This document shows positions 1-14,919 of a stretch of DNA of 64,000 nucleotides, in pieces. Where the stretch lies: the NCBI GenBank assembly GCA_965285935.1, contig OZ260664.1:45694001-45758000 (forward strand). Reading direction: 5' to 3'. Positions within the stretch are counted from its first letter, which is position 1, and every line of letters starts with the position of its first letter. The position numbers and the translations under genes are program-made. The stretch is from Ophelia neglecta. Lineage: Eukaryota. Below the pieces are notes generated by a model. The model worked only from the letters and a program-made list of their open reading frames with translations. It made no database searches and was not told the DNA's origin.

Positions 1-120
1 TAAGATGAAACATTTTCCACAATGTTGTCTATTTCTGAAGATACATATAAAGAGACAGGTTGGAGCTGGCATTCTTGTACACACAAACCTGGTGCTCATT
101 ACCATATTTTGCTATACACA

Positions 121-222
121 TCCAACGCCCCCTCCTCTCTATATTTGGGTACATGTATACATGTATATGGAAAACTGGATAGGCATCATGCATGCACTAT
201 GTATAGAGGAGGGGGCGTAGGA
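121..222. repeat. Short inverted-repeat (foldback) element, possibly a small MITE
   Basis: Left arm TCCAACGCCCCCTCCTCTCTATA (121-143) and right arm TATAGAGGAGGGGGCGTAGGA (202-222) share a perfect 14-bp core ACGCCCCCTCCTCT/AGAGGAGGGGGCGT. The 16-bp palindrome TACATGTATACATGTA (150-165) lies between them. Confidence 0.6.
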
Positions 223-3200
223 ATCCATAGATAAACAGTGTGGCAAACAGACCACCGTGTGTTTTTTTCCATTCATAATGATGGGTATCTGTATCCAGCA
301 CTGTTTGTACTGTGGCATTTTTTCAACGCTGTGGGGCTGTGGGCGTGCACTGGAGTGGGGGTGACATGGGATAGAGTAGGGTTTTCTAATGTTCGCCCAG
401 AGTGCAGTGCTAACAACACAGCGCTGAGACCAGGGAGTCCATTATGGCTTCCTGGAATAGGTTAAAACTTGTATGTGAGTGAGGGGGCTGGGGCACCATG
501 CTTGGTTTGGCTATTTGAAGGAATTATGTATACTCTATTGACAGAATTATGTATGCTTTATTGACAGGTATGCAACATGAACACATAAATAAATGTACTT
601 CCAATACATGCATGAAGCTGTTTTCTGCCTGTAATATGACATTGTTATGGGGGGTGCTTGGGGTGACATTATTACACCTGACAAAGAACTAAAGAATGCT
701 TGGAGGGATTGAGGGCACTGAAGCGAGAGATGTACTGACAAAACACACCTTTCACTTAATAATTGATCTCATTTCTATGGTAGAACACTGAAAGTGCTAG
801 TGCAGCTCCACGACATTGATCCACTCAGTTCTATAAATATATGAGAGAAAAAAAGCAAGTGTAAGATTTGGAGATGAATAAGTTTAGTATTGAAACCAGA
901 AGCTGTAATTCAAGCAGCCTGATTATTCTGTATTGATGCTGCTTTGGTATTAGTCAAATCTCACTTAGGCTTATCAACATGATCAATAGCTTATTTAAAG
1001 TATTGTGCTAGCTGTAGTTCACATCATAATCACCATAGACCATCAAGTAGGATCCATATAACCTCTGTGTTTGCCTGCTCTCCCCGGCAAGGCAAATAGT
1101 TCGTACTTTACACATGATTTATATTATAAGATCTAAATAGGGATCAGTTTAGGTCAAACTTAGAGGAAATATACATTAAGGTTAAGAGTCATATTCTGCA
1201 ATGTAATTACTGTTTATGAGTGACTGGTACTTCACTTTTCTTCATTCACTGGCAGCCGTGAACAATAAAATGAGCCATTGAACATAATAGAGGCACTTCC
1301 TTCTACAAACTCATGGAGCAAGGAGACTTGTAAAATCTCCAGGTGAGGTGAAGAAAAGATGTCAGGTGTGGCGATGTAGTCATGACAATCATGTGGTGAC
1401 CGGTAATTTAAGTCGGCTGGCAATGATACCACTAAGCACCCCAAGCTAGACACTAATTTTCATGTCTTTTTAACATGACTGATGCTGGTTTCACCTTCTC
1501 ATATTAGATCAAGGTATCTGTTAATGGTCTTGTTATGGGCAGTTTTATGAAAATGAAAGCCCACCGGGCTTCTATACGCTGGGTTTGGGGATCTCATGAA
1601 ATCTGTTTGATGCTGACTTGTCTCAAAGCCAACACTAAAGATGTTTTGCTGAAGCAGTATGTAATTATAGCCATCATGCTACTTGCATGCTGCAGGCGCT
1701 GAAGTCTTCAGGCTTGTTTCGTTATTGTATTGCAGCGTACAGCAGCATTTCACAAGGCATCAAATATTATCTCTGAAAAAAACACATTTCAATGCATGTA
1801 CATGTACTTGGTTATATTCCCTTGCTTAAATACAATATTAGGCTGTGCTATATATTAGGGTAATATTTTCATCTCCATGTCAGTATTACTAAAATCAAAT
1901 CTTGTCATATATTATAGGTAAATTATGGTGATAAGTGAAGAATGTATAGCCCAAATTAAACATGCACTACACATATGTTGTATATCATGAATGAATTTAC
2001 TTATAATGTCTTCTCCATGTCAGTTTTGTTGAGCTCAGTTCTTATTGTCTCATGTGGGCTCATTTACTGGTAGATGTACTCATGTATAAAACTGTGATGT
2101 GACAGTCAGTCAGGATGACAACAGATAATCATAACAGTACTGCTGATCAAATGTTCAGATTATAATTTCTAAATGTTCAAAGCTCCATTTTTCTACAAAA
2201 AATTGTTTTTCGTTGTTAAAGTAGATCATTTGAAGGTCAGGTTTGTGTGATAATTAATCAGTGGGTATGGCCTGATGCTAGGTTCCGTTCCGGAAATATC
2301 AGCTATGGTGCCCTTCCTTAGCCTGACGCTAGTTGACAACCACCAGTCAGCATGCTAGGAAATTCTGAGGTTCTGGGAAATGTCTTTAATTTATCCAATC
2401 CTCAAAGTCATAGTTCTTCTATAATTGAAGGAAGTACCTACCTCGTGATATGTTCATTAAAATTTTGGCATCTGTAATATTCTGACCCACTATGCGATGC
2501 ATTTCATTGGTAGCCAGGATTACATGTGTGCTGCGATCCCTCCTCGGTTGTTTAAATAATGCCTACAACAGTTAATTGGGATGACAATACAAGTTTGGTG
2601 AGACAAAGGATGAGGAAGGGGCTGGCTGGAGAGCTGTTTGGGAGTCGGTCACACTGTTAATGTCTGTGCCATGTCCCATTCTCACCCCGTCAAAGCCAGC
2701 TACTAAGGCTTAAAGGGCCAACATGTGCCATAAAGCACCGTGCTGAAGGGTATTCAGTACTTTGTTTCCAATATCCCTGGGGAGGAAATGACTAGAGCTG
2801 GACATTTCTATTTATTCTGTTTAAATGATGCTTGCAGCATGTGGCATTGCTGTAACTACATTTTTCAATGCTTGTTGGCTGGGTAACTGTACCCTCAGGG
2901 AAAGCAGGTCACTTCTGTCATTGTCACCTGAATCTCTTCCGAAACTCTCTCTAAATGGAGTTAATAACTATGGCAATTATTTTAAACTCCCTAGTACCAA
3001 AGAAAATAAATAATAAAACATACTGTGAGAGCAACATGCATTTATTGTTTCAATAAATTTGTTGTATGTGAAAATGGATTCTGTAAGAATCGCAAAGAAT
3101 CTCACTCTCCTTTGATCATTCCTGCTAATGTGAATTTTTTGCATACATTGCTATATGTTATATTTTACATATCTAAATACATGTTGGGGGGTGGGAGGAT

Positions 3201-6200
3201 TAATTTTGATTAAAGTGCTTTCCTTGCCAAGTAAGTAAACCAATTCTGTACAATTGAAGAAAATCTAGGCAGATTTGTAATTGATGGTTCCCTTGTTTAC
3301 TAAAATTAGTTAGTGATAATTATTAACAGCATGCAATATTAAAGACCTAAATCAGCCAACTCTGGGTATGGAAGTTCAGCGGGAAAAAGGCAGCATGTAG
3401 AACTGTGAAGGTTCCCAAATATTCCTTTCTTTTTTAATTCAGAAAGAGAAAATATATTAAAATATAAGTATAAAGACAGATCCCGCAAGGAATAAAATTA
3501 ATGATGTTGGCTTGAACAATTTTATTTTGACACCTAAGCTTACAGCTACCTTACAGATTACATACTGTACATAAATATGATACTGCACACCTGTCACTAT
3601 GTCAGTGACAGGTTGTTCATTTATATGCAACAGCGAGTTGTGCACTATCTGTCAGATCTAGCAGAAAACTGAAAGGACATACAGTAGTTATGTTTTAAAT
3701 GCCTGCAATATGCTGGTGACATTTGTAGAGATGCAAGAGTTACAGTTGATTTTTCATTTGTTGGCATATATGTCAGGGCCTGCAGGGTGGAATTCTAATA
3801 GGCCTGCAGCTATAGTGATAGAACCCCGGCCTACTGGTACATGCTGATTTCTTTCCCTGTATGTACAAGTGCAAATATATTCATGTGTAAGGACAACTTT
3901 TGCCCTCATCTCTGTTACAGCAGTCTCCTACCTAAAAGAGAAAACTGGAATGTATCTACTCAGCACTGTAATAATGGTCTGGTGCTGGCCCATAACAAGA
4001 TAACTAGATTTGTGGGACATCTCCATTCAAGCACATCCCTCCAACGGATCTATCATTTTCACATTGCCAGAAATTCAATCGCATAATTGCAGCATCATCT
4101 TGTTCTACTGCTAGCTTGTAGTTTTGCAGTTTCCTCACAGAGTGACTGGTATCAAATGAAACCAGGAATTTTATTTTCTTCTAGGATAGGTTGTTACATG
4201 GGATACCACACAAGACCTTCTGTCCAGTCCTCTATGAATATTGGGGAAAGTGGTCTGTGAAAGCATCATTCTGGTTATTCAGATACATTTTTCTTTAACC
4301 CACTTGTTTCTATGCATCCAGCCACCTGTTCTAAAGTCTAATCAGCACACCGAGACTGACCTTACAGGTAATCCAAACCAATATCCTAATCCAGGCAGTG
4401 TATTAGTAGGTAATGTATACTTGGCAGGGAGATATTTAGTACTTTGACCTTTGCACAATGACCTTCAGAAATTTCCACTTGTCTACACAAATAACTCAAT
4501 GCCTTCTGGTGCCAAACCTGGCAAAAGCAGCTTTACAAGTACAAGTATATTGATAACTAATAGTGAGTGATAGGTCAGGAATCTAAAAGAGTTTTATGTG
4601 CCATTAGCTGGAATATTGTATTGGAAACAAAAGTAGGTTCTGGATACGTAGGTTTGGTAAGAACTGTAACATCACAGACTCTTGACTAAAGACAAGCCAT
4701 GAATTTCAATCTCTGGCGAACAATTGAGAAAACAAGGTTGACTGCATAGATTGTTCCCTACCAGTACTTCCCGAATGGAACCAAATCAAAATCTCATCTC
4801 GGATGTTCTAGGGTTTATCACCAAAAAGTGACAAACATGAATGTAATCACTTTGTACTGATCACTTGTTGTCAGCTTTATCTATAGCTAGGGCAGCACAA
4901 ATTTTACTTTTTATCTCATTGCAAGAAATGCTCAGCTACAATGTAAAATTGCTGAGTTAAAACTTGTCTTTCTTGACTTCAAAAGCATTTTCTCATTCAA
5001 ATAAAAGAAACTCAATATCAGTATGTAGTTGACTAATTTTACTGGCCAATACATGTAGATGGAAACTGCATGCTTATTGTAATTTTGTTTGTCACATGAA
5101 AGACCGCAAAACCCGTGAATACATATTTAATTGGCATGATGAACATGTACATGTAAGTACATTTGCCTGTAATTGTGGATGACCACATGTAGAGCATTAG
5201 AGTGAGTAGAGTGGCCTTAAATCAGGTGGAATTTTTATATTATTCAAAATGAATATTTCTTTTATATATATAATACATTTTTATTGATAACAATTGCCCA
5301 TAATGGTTTGAAATGATGTAAAATAATATACTATTTCCTTTTATAGTCTAGTCTAGTGTGTTCAGTGTGCTTTGTGCATTAATTTCCTGTCTGGGCTGGT
5401 TTAAAGGTGGAACTGATATTGTAAACTACCTCTGCCTGCTCAAGGTATAAAGAAGGGGGTTTTACTTTTTAAGAGAGCGTTAAATGGAGTGCACAGTTCT
5501 TGTACTAGGGCTCTCTTGCCTGAAAAGGGGATGCATGACATGGACATTTTTTATTATAAAATCCATGTGCAATAGAACAGTCCCCAAGATCATGATAAGG
5601 ATCTGAAACTAAGAGTAGTACTAATGGAAATGAGAGCCATATTTATGTACTACTGCCCTGCCACTGGGCGCTATGACAAACTGATCAATAGTGAGTTAGA
5701 AGAAGCTGATGAAACGAACTAGAAATCTTGGCACAAAAACATGATGATATGTACATATGAGATTTAGCCACAAGTCATACGGGGTGGTATATGCTAAGAC
5801 ATTCTGTTCCGGTACATGTTTTTTGATAAATGGTTTTAAGCTTGCTTTTTTACTGCCCAGATGCACAGGGGTTCCTTGTGCAAAATGTTTCCGTAAAGAG
5901 GCTTTCACTTATTTCCTTCAGCTGCATTTTGCAGACACTATGTGGATTGATGGAGTAGAAATGGCAGGTCCAGCTCGTGAGCTGTGGGAAAGGTCATAAC
6001 TCTGATCAATACACCTCCTCTGGCAGATAGCATGGATTGTCTGCAGTGCTGGCTCGGGAAGCAAGATGTGCAGGGCAAACTCCCCTCTTGATGGCAGGCC
6101 AGTCTGAAAGTGTCCATTATGACCTGGCACACAAAAAAATCACTACAAGGAACAATATAGGGGGCACTACATTCAAGTATACTGGCAGACAAAAGATATA

Positions 6201-8000
6201 AACCAGTGGAGGCAAGAGCTGGTACCACAAGATGATTTTTATGCTAGGGAATTGGGAACCATCTTTAACAAAAAAAATAGAAGAGGAAATAGAATAGATT
6301 GTGAGGACAATGTACCTGTTCATTTGTCAACATATAATACCTCAGTTGCAGTTGGTGGTGTCTAAATAAGGCAGTGACCCATGTTTATTAACTGTAGCTG
6401 CAATTGGCAAAATTTTGTTAGGCTAGCCTAATAAGTACCCTAATAGTATTCAATCTCCTTTCAATAAGGCCCATCAGAAATCTGATAATTTTGTGGAAGT
6501 AACTTAAACACAGCATTGATGGCCACCAAATTGAGAATGTAAGTATAATGTAAGCATAATGACTGAAGTACATGTAAGTTACCCAGATTATCTTGGCAGT
6601 GTAACAACTCTGAGATTAACTATTGAATTCGAGTGTTTACCTTTTTTTCATTGCTTAAAATTTACTATTTAACTAGTTGTACATGTATTATTCAGTTATT
6701 TTCCCAGGGAAGGGTTCGTGTACATGTAGATATATCCACGCATAGTACTGGTTAAAACATACAGCTTTTTAGGATGGATTTAGGAGAGAAGAGGGTGGTG
6801 GCTTATGAAGGATCCAAGGGTGTCATTAGAGTAAGACATATACCAATCCCAATGATCTCTTCCTTTTGTGGTTGCCAGGCATGGTGCATATATAGCTCCC
6901 TAAAGCCATTGGGATATTAAACATATTTGGAAAACGTTATTAAAAGTTGATGGATGCATAGCAGGAGAGAGCTAACACTGACAAAGATAGATGGCTACTA
7001 AAGGAAACTGTAAGAGGAAAGACGGAGCCTCTCGGCAAATATGGATCTGGGATTGCCTGGCAGAGGACGTGGACGCTGTCAAAGGCCACATGAACATGAG
7101 GTCATCAGTCACATTGAAAACCATCACATGTTAACCAGCAAAGTGGAGATGTCACTGTCAATGATAGCATAGATCATCAGATGTTCAGTCTCTCCTAAGA
7201 CAGGCTAGTGGATCTTACAGGAGGGTGTACAAGCACATACAAGAGGCATATTTTAAGTCTCATTCTACATAACTGTGTCATTTCAACTCTTGTGCTCTGC
7301 GCTTGAGATATCACAATGAAAGTTCTTTATTTTTATTTCTATCTCTCAGTTCTCAAATGTGTGTACAATTATAATGTCAACGAATTAAAAGGATCATCCA
7401 AATAGCTAGAAGTACAAAACATGGATGCTTTTTTTGATAATAAGTACCAGGTATACATCTTCTTATTTTCCTTGTACTGCATGAGTGGAAAACACATTAT
7501 GAATATGATGAAAGGCATTAGCCGTCAATCTGGTTTAACTTGTAAACTCAACCTCTGTGGCTGTCAGAGGAAGATAAATGGAATTGAATATATCCATTTA
7601 TAAAATCACAATGGCATCTGCATGTATAATGCAATATAATATGATAGAGTGCTGTTATTTTGATATCATGTCAGACTTTTCAGTGAATGCCTGATTAAGT
7701 TTTGGTGCACAATAAACCATGTTTGAGATTGTTTCTCTAGTATATTGATCAGGTTCTGTGAAAGAAAATTGAAAAATAAAAAAAGGTGTATTGATATTTT
7801 CCTATTAACATAAAATGTAATGATTTGGGTCTGATCTTGATACTGATATGCTAACAGGCATATCATTCCATGCGGCAGCTGCAGACTGGGGCAAAAAAAG
7901 GAAACTTGTGTTCTTATAAACATCAATGTTGTTAAGTTGAACATTACAATATAGTTTAAAAAAATATTTTTCTTTGGGCCAGTAATGCTGTATACAAATA

Positions 8001-8144
8001 CAGTGAGACCTGGCATAGAAACCACTAATATAAAGACCAATATGTACGCTTCCCATGTGAAATAACCTGTATAAACAGACCACCAGTGTAATAAGACCAG
8101 TATTACCCAGTACCTTGGATGGTCTGAATGCCCAGGTTTCAATG
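8001..8144 (+). mobile_element. Tc1/mariner-superfamily (pogo/Tigger-like) MITE, copy 1
   Basis: TA|CAGTGAGACCTGG ... CCAGGTTTCAATG|TA: terminal inverted repeats match 11/13, flanked by a TA duplication. Internal AGACCA(CC) subrepeats. Aligns with the reverse complement of 36959-37136. Confidence 0.8.
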
Positions 8145-9240
8145 TAAATTTCATTTCTTTGCTGGAAAGGTTGCTGAAATCTGATCTGTATATCTATAAT
8201 TTCTTTTATTTCCATATCTTAGTGACAGACATTTCCCAACTTAAACAGTTTCAAAAAAAATATGCTTGTAGAATAATTTCTATGTCTGTTAAACAGCTGG
8301 TTACAATTTAATTGACGGTCAGATTGTGTCCCCCACCAATGTTTTGGAGACAGGTGTCCAGGTACATGTGTACATGTACGACTTAGGTCATCAGCAGGAA
8401 CTGTGTCCGTCTAAGGACATTTCTGCTAAGTGGTCCGGCAAAGCACTCATGCTTTCTGTGCCAGATGTAATTAATTACTAAATATACTTGGGATCAATCG
8501 ATTTTGTTGTCCATTCAAGACATAGAATTGCCATTGATGGTGGCAAATCAAGCATCATGCGTCCACAGGAAGTTGGCTATTGGACTCTGGTGGTCCATGG
8601 CTGATAGGACCACTTCTATAAGTGCACCATAGAACCCATCTACCATGTGGACTGTTAGATTTTATGAAAGTTTTATGAATCTGTGTGGAAGCAAACTATA
8701 ATTACTAAAAGTCTTCTGGAAAGCCATTTCCTAGATACATGTAGGTTTATTACAGGGTGTGCTTCACAGATGTGCCGCTAATGCTTGTGCAATGAAATCT
8801 GACTTCATGCTTGCGCTAAAAAGTTTATTTCTGTTAAATAGTTGCTCACTGAAATACATTTATATACATGTACCTCATTCTTTATGATAAGCCCCCATGC
8901 CTTAATAGGTGCCCATCCTCCTTTTCTCCTGACAAAATATTTCCATTTTAGCCTTTTTCACTAGATTTTCAAGCATAAAAAGGAAGTGGGCATTTTTTTT
9001 CATTTTTCTTGAGTCACATTTACAGAAAATAAGGTGCCTTTAGGATTATTCAACATTTAAACATGTATAAAGGTTACAGGTTTACGTCGCCGGTCATAGG
9101 AAAAACCAGTTCCTTAGTAAGGGGAGTAAAACAGATTTTAACCAAAAAGAAAGCCTGTGTAGTACTTGCTGACACAACGCTATTTTGTCTAGATAATCAA
9201 TATACATGTACTTGTGAAGCATATGTATTAGAATGAGCTA

Positions 9241-9260
9241 GGGGGGGGGGGGGGGGGGGG
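9241..9260 (+). repeat. Poly-G tract (G20), potential G-quadruplex
   Basis: 20 consecutive G. Confidence 0.9.
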
Positions 9261-11241
9261 CTGAGAGGAGTGGCCAGGTGATCAAAACACCAGGCCTATA
9301 ATTGTGGACCATTAGTTCATAGGACTGTTTCTTTTAAAAAGCATATTAAGCTCTAACAGTTCCTTGGGGACATATATGGACCATATCGATCCTTCTATAA
9401 AAACATTGTAAATATATATCCAACTCTTTTGACAAAATACTTTAACACATCCACCAATCCTTTTTTTATAATAAAACAGTTCTTCTCAAGCCAGCCTTCA
9501 ATTTTACGCTGTGTGAATAAAATATGAAAATTCGTGAAATCAATACTTTCTCAAACAAGTCCATTGAAGTGGAGGTTTTCCAGCATCCTTACAGCTGGGA
9601 CTATAAAAGATATGAAATGAGCTGAAGCTTATTATTATCACAGCATCACAGGCCTACTCGGTTATCTGTGATATGTCATCTGGGGATACGCAACAATGTG
9701 AAAAATTACCTGATCTTTGTCAAAACCCAAACAGCTCGTTAGCATGAAGGATGAGGTCTCCCACGTTTATATATTGTGACTGTTATTACCAGTTTGGTGT
9801 CAGTACTGTCACCCTCAAGGTTTTTCATTTGCAGCATGATTAGTGAGATCTTCTTGTATATTTTTTCTGATTACAGTTCTTTTAACTTCATAACCTTGAC
9901 ATGTTATATACATCATACATGTATCATCTGGCTGCCTCTGCTTCTGATAAATCCTTTTCCACCAGAATCAATAGGTTTTTAGAGAACATTTGCTTCCCCT
10001 GCATCCTTTTAATGTATAGTATCTCCCCACTCCGGTGCCAGCTTTCACCCTCCAGCGATAGCCAATCAATCCATGATATTTTGACTACTAAATATGAGTA
10101 TCGGTTACAATAAACATATCCCAGGCTAGTTGAGTGACAGGGTCACACTCCCTGATGATAATCCCTGTGCTATATGCAATGCTGGAAGATGCCAACCCAG
10201 CTTTTACCTTTTAAGATAAATCTTCCCGACACCCCTGTCAGCACGGCTTCCTCCTAGGCCTCATCTCAAGGGAGCTCACTCTAATCATCTGTTTACCTTT
10301 AAACACAACCTTCTTATACAGTTGCCCCATTTTCAATTGCAGCACACTTCTGAAGCTTCGCAGGGAACGTGCGATCTTTAAGGCTGCTGAGGAAGAAGTG
10401 TGATCAGTGGGATTTGCTGCTCTGTGCTCACTGTAGCCATTTATACTGTGATAGATTAGGCCAAGGAGGCTGTGCATTAATAGACAGAAGGCTCAGCTAG
10501 ACCCAGCTAGTTGCAGCGTCACACTAGGATAATCCAACTTAAATAGGCTTTTTAATCCACCATCTGCTGATGGAGAGGCACTGCACACAGGAGAAGAGGC
10601 TCGCTTGGCAGGTCTTGTCTGCATGGAGAGGCAGTTGGCTTTGCTTCTTCTGATAGCCACAGCATGTGGTTGAGGTTCCCTTCCAGAAAAACACACTAGG
10701 TCATCAGCCACATGACTCAAACTCAACCATGGTTGGGGCTACTGCAGTAGGGAGGTTTGGCAGAAGCCACAATTAGACATACTTGCATATTGTAGATATC
10801 AAGGCATTATATAACATCTTCAGACAGATGGCCAGGGTTTTAAACATAAGACATTTATAGTATGTTTGTAGATTGATTAGACACAAACAGTCTGCTGAAG
10901 AGGGATATTCAGACTTGGTGGTGCAATAGCCGGCCACACTCCACTAATGAGATACGTGCCATATCAGCTGTATTTAATGAGGCAGAAATAAACAGTTGGT
11001 GTAATATATCCCAACTCATTTATCTAGAAAGCAGCACCATTTCCTTTAATCAAGGATTGAGGCAGCAGATGATGAGTTACCCAGAAGACAAGGACCAAGC
11101 TCTGCGGCAAGACATCTGTATACCTTGAAATGTAGATATAAAGGAGCCAAGGGTCAGACTGTGTGCTGCAGGGCTGCTGTGGTCTTGACAGGTCTGAACA
11201 ACTCCTGCAGATGACAGGACTGAACCACTCCAGATGATTCT

Positions 11242-13652
11242 GCCTTAGACAGCTACAACCTGGATACAATATATCCAGTCTGTCATAAGCTATGGTCAGC
11301 CTGCCATCTCCAGGATAAAGTGTATACAGTCTGACACCAGCCCCTGGTCAGCCTGCCATCTCCAGGATATGGTGTATACAGTCTGACACCAGCCCCTGGT
11401 CAGCCTGCCATCTCCAGGATATGGTGTATACAGTCTGACACCAGCCCTTGGTCAGCCTGCCATCTCCAGGATATGGTGTATACAGTCTGACACCAGCCCT
11501 TGGTCAGCCTGCCATCTCCAGGATATGGTGTATACAGTCTGACACCAGCCCTTGGTCAGCCTGCCATCTCCAGGATATGGTGTATACAGTCAGTTACCAG
11601 CCCCTGGTCAGCATGCCATCTCCAGGATATGGTGTATACAGTCTGACACCAGCCCTTGGTCAGCCTGCCATCTCCAGAATATGGTGTATACAGTCTGACA
11701 CCAGCCCTTGGTCAGCATGCCATCTCCAGAATATGGTGTATACAGTCTGTCACCAGCCCCTGGTCAGCCAGCCATCCCCGGGATATGGTGTATACAGTCT
11801 GACACCAGCCCTTGGTCAGCCTGCCATCTCCAGGATATGGTGTATACAGTCTGACACCAGCCCTTGGTCAGCCTGCCATCTCCTCGATATGGTGTATACA
11901 GTCTGACACCAGCCCTTGGTCAGCCTGCCATCTCCAGGATATGGTGTATACAGTCTGACACCAGCCCTTGGTCAGCCTGCCATCTCCAGGATATGGTGTA
12001 TACAGTCTGACACCAGCCCTTGGTCAGCCTGCCATCTCCAGGATATGGTGTATACAGTCTGACACCAGCCCTTGGTCAGCCTGCCATCTCCTCGATATGG
12101 TGTATACAGTCTGACACCAGCCCCTGGTCAGCCTGCCATCTCCAGGATATGGTGTATACAGTCTGACACCAGCCCTTGGTCAGCCTGCCATCTCCAGGAT
12201 ATGGTGTATACAGTCTGACACCAGCCCCTGGTCAGCCAGCCATCTCCAGGATATGGTGTATACAGTCTGACACCAGCCCTTGGTCAGCCTGCCATCTCCA
12301 GGATATGGTGTATACAGTCTGACACCAGCCCTTGGTCAGCCTGCCATCTCCAGGATATGGTGTATACAGTCTGACACCAGCCCTTGGTCAGCCTGCCATC
12401 TCCAGAATATGGTGTATACAGTCTGACACCAGCCCTTGGTCAGCCTGCCATCTCCTCGATATGGTGTATACAGTCTGACACCAGCCCTTGGTCAGCCTGC
12501 CATCTCCAGGATATGGTGTATACAGTCTGTCACCAGCCCCTGGTCAGCCTGCCATCTCCAGGATATGGTGTATACAGTCTGACACCAGCCCCTGGTCAGC
12601 ATGCCATCTCCAGGATATGGTGTATACAGTCTGACACCAGCCCTTGGTCAGCCTGCCATCTCCTCGATATGGTGTATACAGTCTGACACCAGCCCTTGGT
12701 CAGCCTGCCATCTCCAGGATATGGTGTATACAGTCTGTCACCAGCCCCTGGTCAGCCTGCCATCTCCAGGATATGGTGTATACAGTCTGTCATCAGCCCT
12801 TGGTCAGCATGCCATCTCCAGGATATGGTGTATACAGTCTGACACCAGCCCCTGGTCAGCCTGCCATCTCCAGGATATGGTGTATACAGTCTGTCACCAG
12901 CCCTTGGTCAGCCTGCCATCTCCAGGATATGGTGTATACAGTCTGACACCAGCCCTTGGTCAGCCTGCCATCTCCAGGATATGGTGTATACAGTCTGACA
13001 CCAGCCCTTGGTCAGCCTGCCATCTCCAGGATATGGTGTATACAGTCTGTCATCAGCCCTTGGTCAGCCTGCCATCTCCAGGATATGGTGTATACAGTCT
13101 GACACCAGCCCCTGGTCAGCCTGCCATCTCCAGGATATGGTGTATACAGTCTGTCACCAGCCCTTGGTCAGCCTGCCATCTCCAGGATATGGTGTATACA
13201 GTCTGACACCAGCCCTTGGTCAGCCTGCCATCTCCAGGATATGGTGTATACAGTCTGACACCAGCCCTTGGTCAGCCTGCCATCTCCTGGATATGGTGTA
13301 TACAGTCTGACACCAGCCCTTGGTCAGCCTGCCATGTCCAGGATATGGTGTTTACAGTCTGACACCAGCCCTTGGTCAGCCTGCCATCTCCAGGATATGG
13401 TGTATACAGTCTGTCATCAGCCCTTGGTCAGCCTGCCATCTCCAGGATATGGTGTATACAGTCTGACAACAGCCCTTGGTCAGCCTGCCATCTCCAGGAT
13501 ATGGTGTATACAGTCTGACACCAGCCCTTGGTCAGCCTGCCATCTCCAGGATATGGTGTATACAGTCTGACACCAGCCCCTGGTCAGCCTGCCATCTCCA
13601 GCATATGGTGTATACAGTCTGTCATCAGCCCCTGGTCAGCCTGCCATCTCCT
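11242..13652. repeat. 52-bp minisatellite, 45 full units plus a partial and a degenerate 5' copy
   Basis: Unit GGTCAGCCTGCCATCTCCAGGATATGGTGTATACAGTCTGACACCAGCCCTT. Unit starts at 11294 and 13634 are exactly 45x52 apart. The overlapping repetitive ORFs here are artefacts of the repeat. Confidence 0.98.
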
Positions 13653-14919
13653 GCATTACTCATGTCCTACCAATAAGAGCTTTACTACAATTTTTTTATA
13701 AAAAGTTATCATCTCATATTCACCTATACCGACAGAAGTTCGATTATCGATAAACCTGAAGAGTCCTTTACATTACAAAGCTGTTTTGTCAGTCTAGTTT
13801 ACTTTGAGCATAAATGTAGCATTTTATTGTTTGTAAAACTTGTAAGTGGATGTGTATGTTTTGTCACACAATGTAAATATCTACAAATCCTCACTGCACT
13901 CATCATATGGGCTTTTAAGCACCAAGAAAACTCCTAACTGACAAATCAATTCACCATTGCAATATCAAAATTCGGAAAAATATCCTCATGTCCAAACCCT
14001 AGCATTTCACCAATTTTTATGAAGGAGAAGTGGCTCTTTTCCCATCAGTGATACCAGGCCTTTAGATGGTGTTCTTGCTGGTGTCACTTATCACACATTT
14101 CACAGTCACTTCATAGTAAGGCTTTGAATGTCAATTACTTGGTTATTGGCATGTTATGGCCCAGAATGTGAAATTTAACTTGTGTTTCATTGTCAGGATC
14201 TTATCACAGCCCTCAAACTGCCATAAAAATTTCTGGAGGGTCTCCATATGGGCGTCTAGGCACAATGCTGGCTTAGCAATACAATCAAGGCCCAATTTAC
14301 TTACTACAAATGAAAGTATTGAATTCATATTTCATGAGACTAAAACCTGGTATCTGATGTGATCCTTCCAGGACTAGAGATGTAGACGTTTTGTTTGGCA
14401 GGAATATGTTGTCAGCTAGGATCTTATGAATTAATCATTTTGTGTTTGTGAAACTCCTCAACCACTCTTATGGCACATTACTTGTGGTGCTGAAATTTGT
14501 GATAATTTCTTCAAGGAAGCCATAGATCAATAAGAAATGATTGCAAAGGCCATAGCAGTGTTCAATTTGTCCTTATTCAGGGCTAAAATGTCCTATCTGT
14601 CCTCAACTTGTCTTGTACTAAATTTAAAGAAAACATTGAAATGTGTGTAGCTTCTGCACAATAATTTATTCTTAGCTAAACTCAATTAAAACTTATTTTC
14701 TTCATTTTATTCCAGGCTTGTAGGAATATTTTTTACCACAAGACATGGGGGGGATGTCAAAAGGGGCTCCTCATATGAATAACAAATCATTTGAAGTGAT
14801 AAAAAAAGACTTGCCCTCCAGTATGGTTATTTTTCTGAATATGGCACTGCCTTTGCCAATAATGACACTAAATAAGATGATAAGTTCAATAAAAATGATT
14901 TTTCTGCCTGGATTCTACC

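Noticed and set aside
7321-7456. Strong acceptor at 7349 with possible donor CAG|GTATAC at 7450
   Set aside because: Not AG|GT, weak donor, and isolated T-rich acceptors are common in AT-rich DNA.
11294-13652. CRISPR-like appearance of the regular arrays (also 49560-51105)
   Set aside because: Units are head-to-tail with no unique spacers, there are no cas genes, and the context is eukaryotic.
11448-13676. ORFs of 66-201 aa in the 52-bp array
   Set aside because: They are translations of a non-triplet tandem repeat, with frequent TGA stops and the same peptide cycling through frames.
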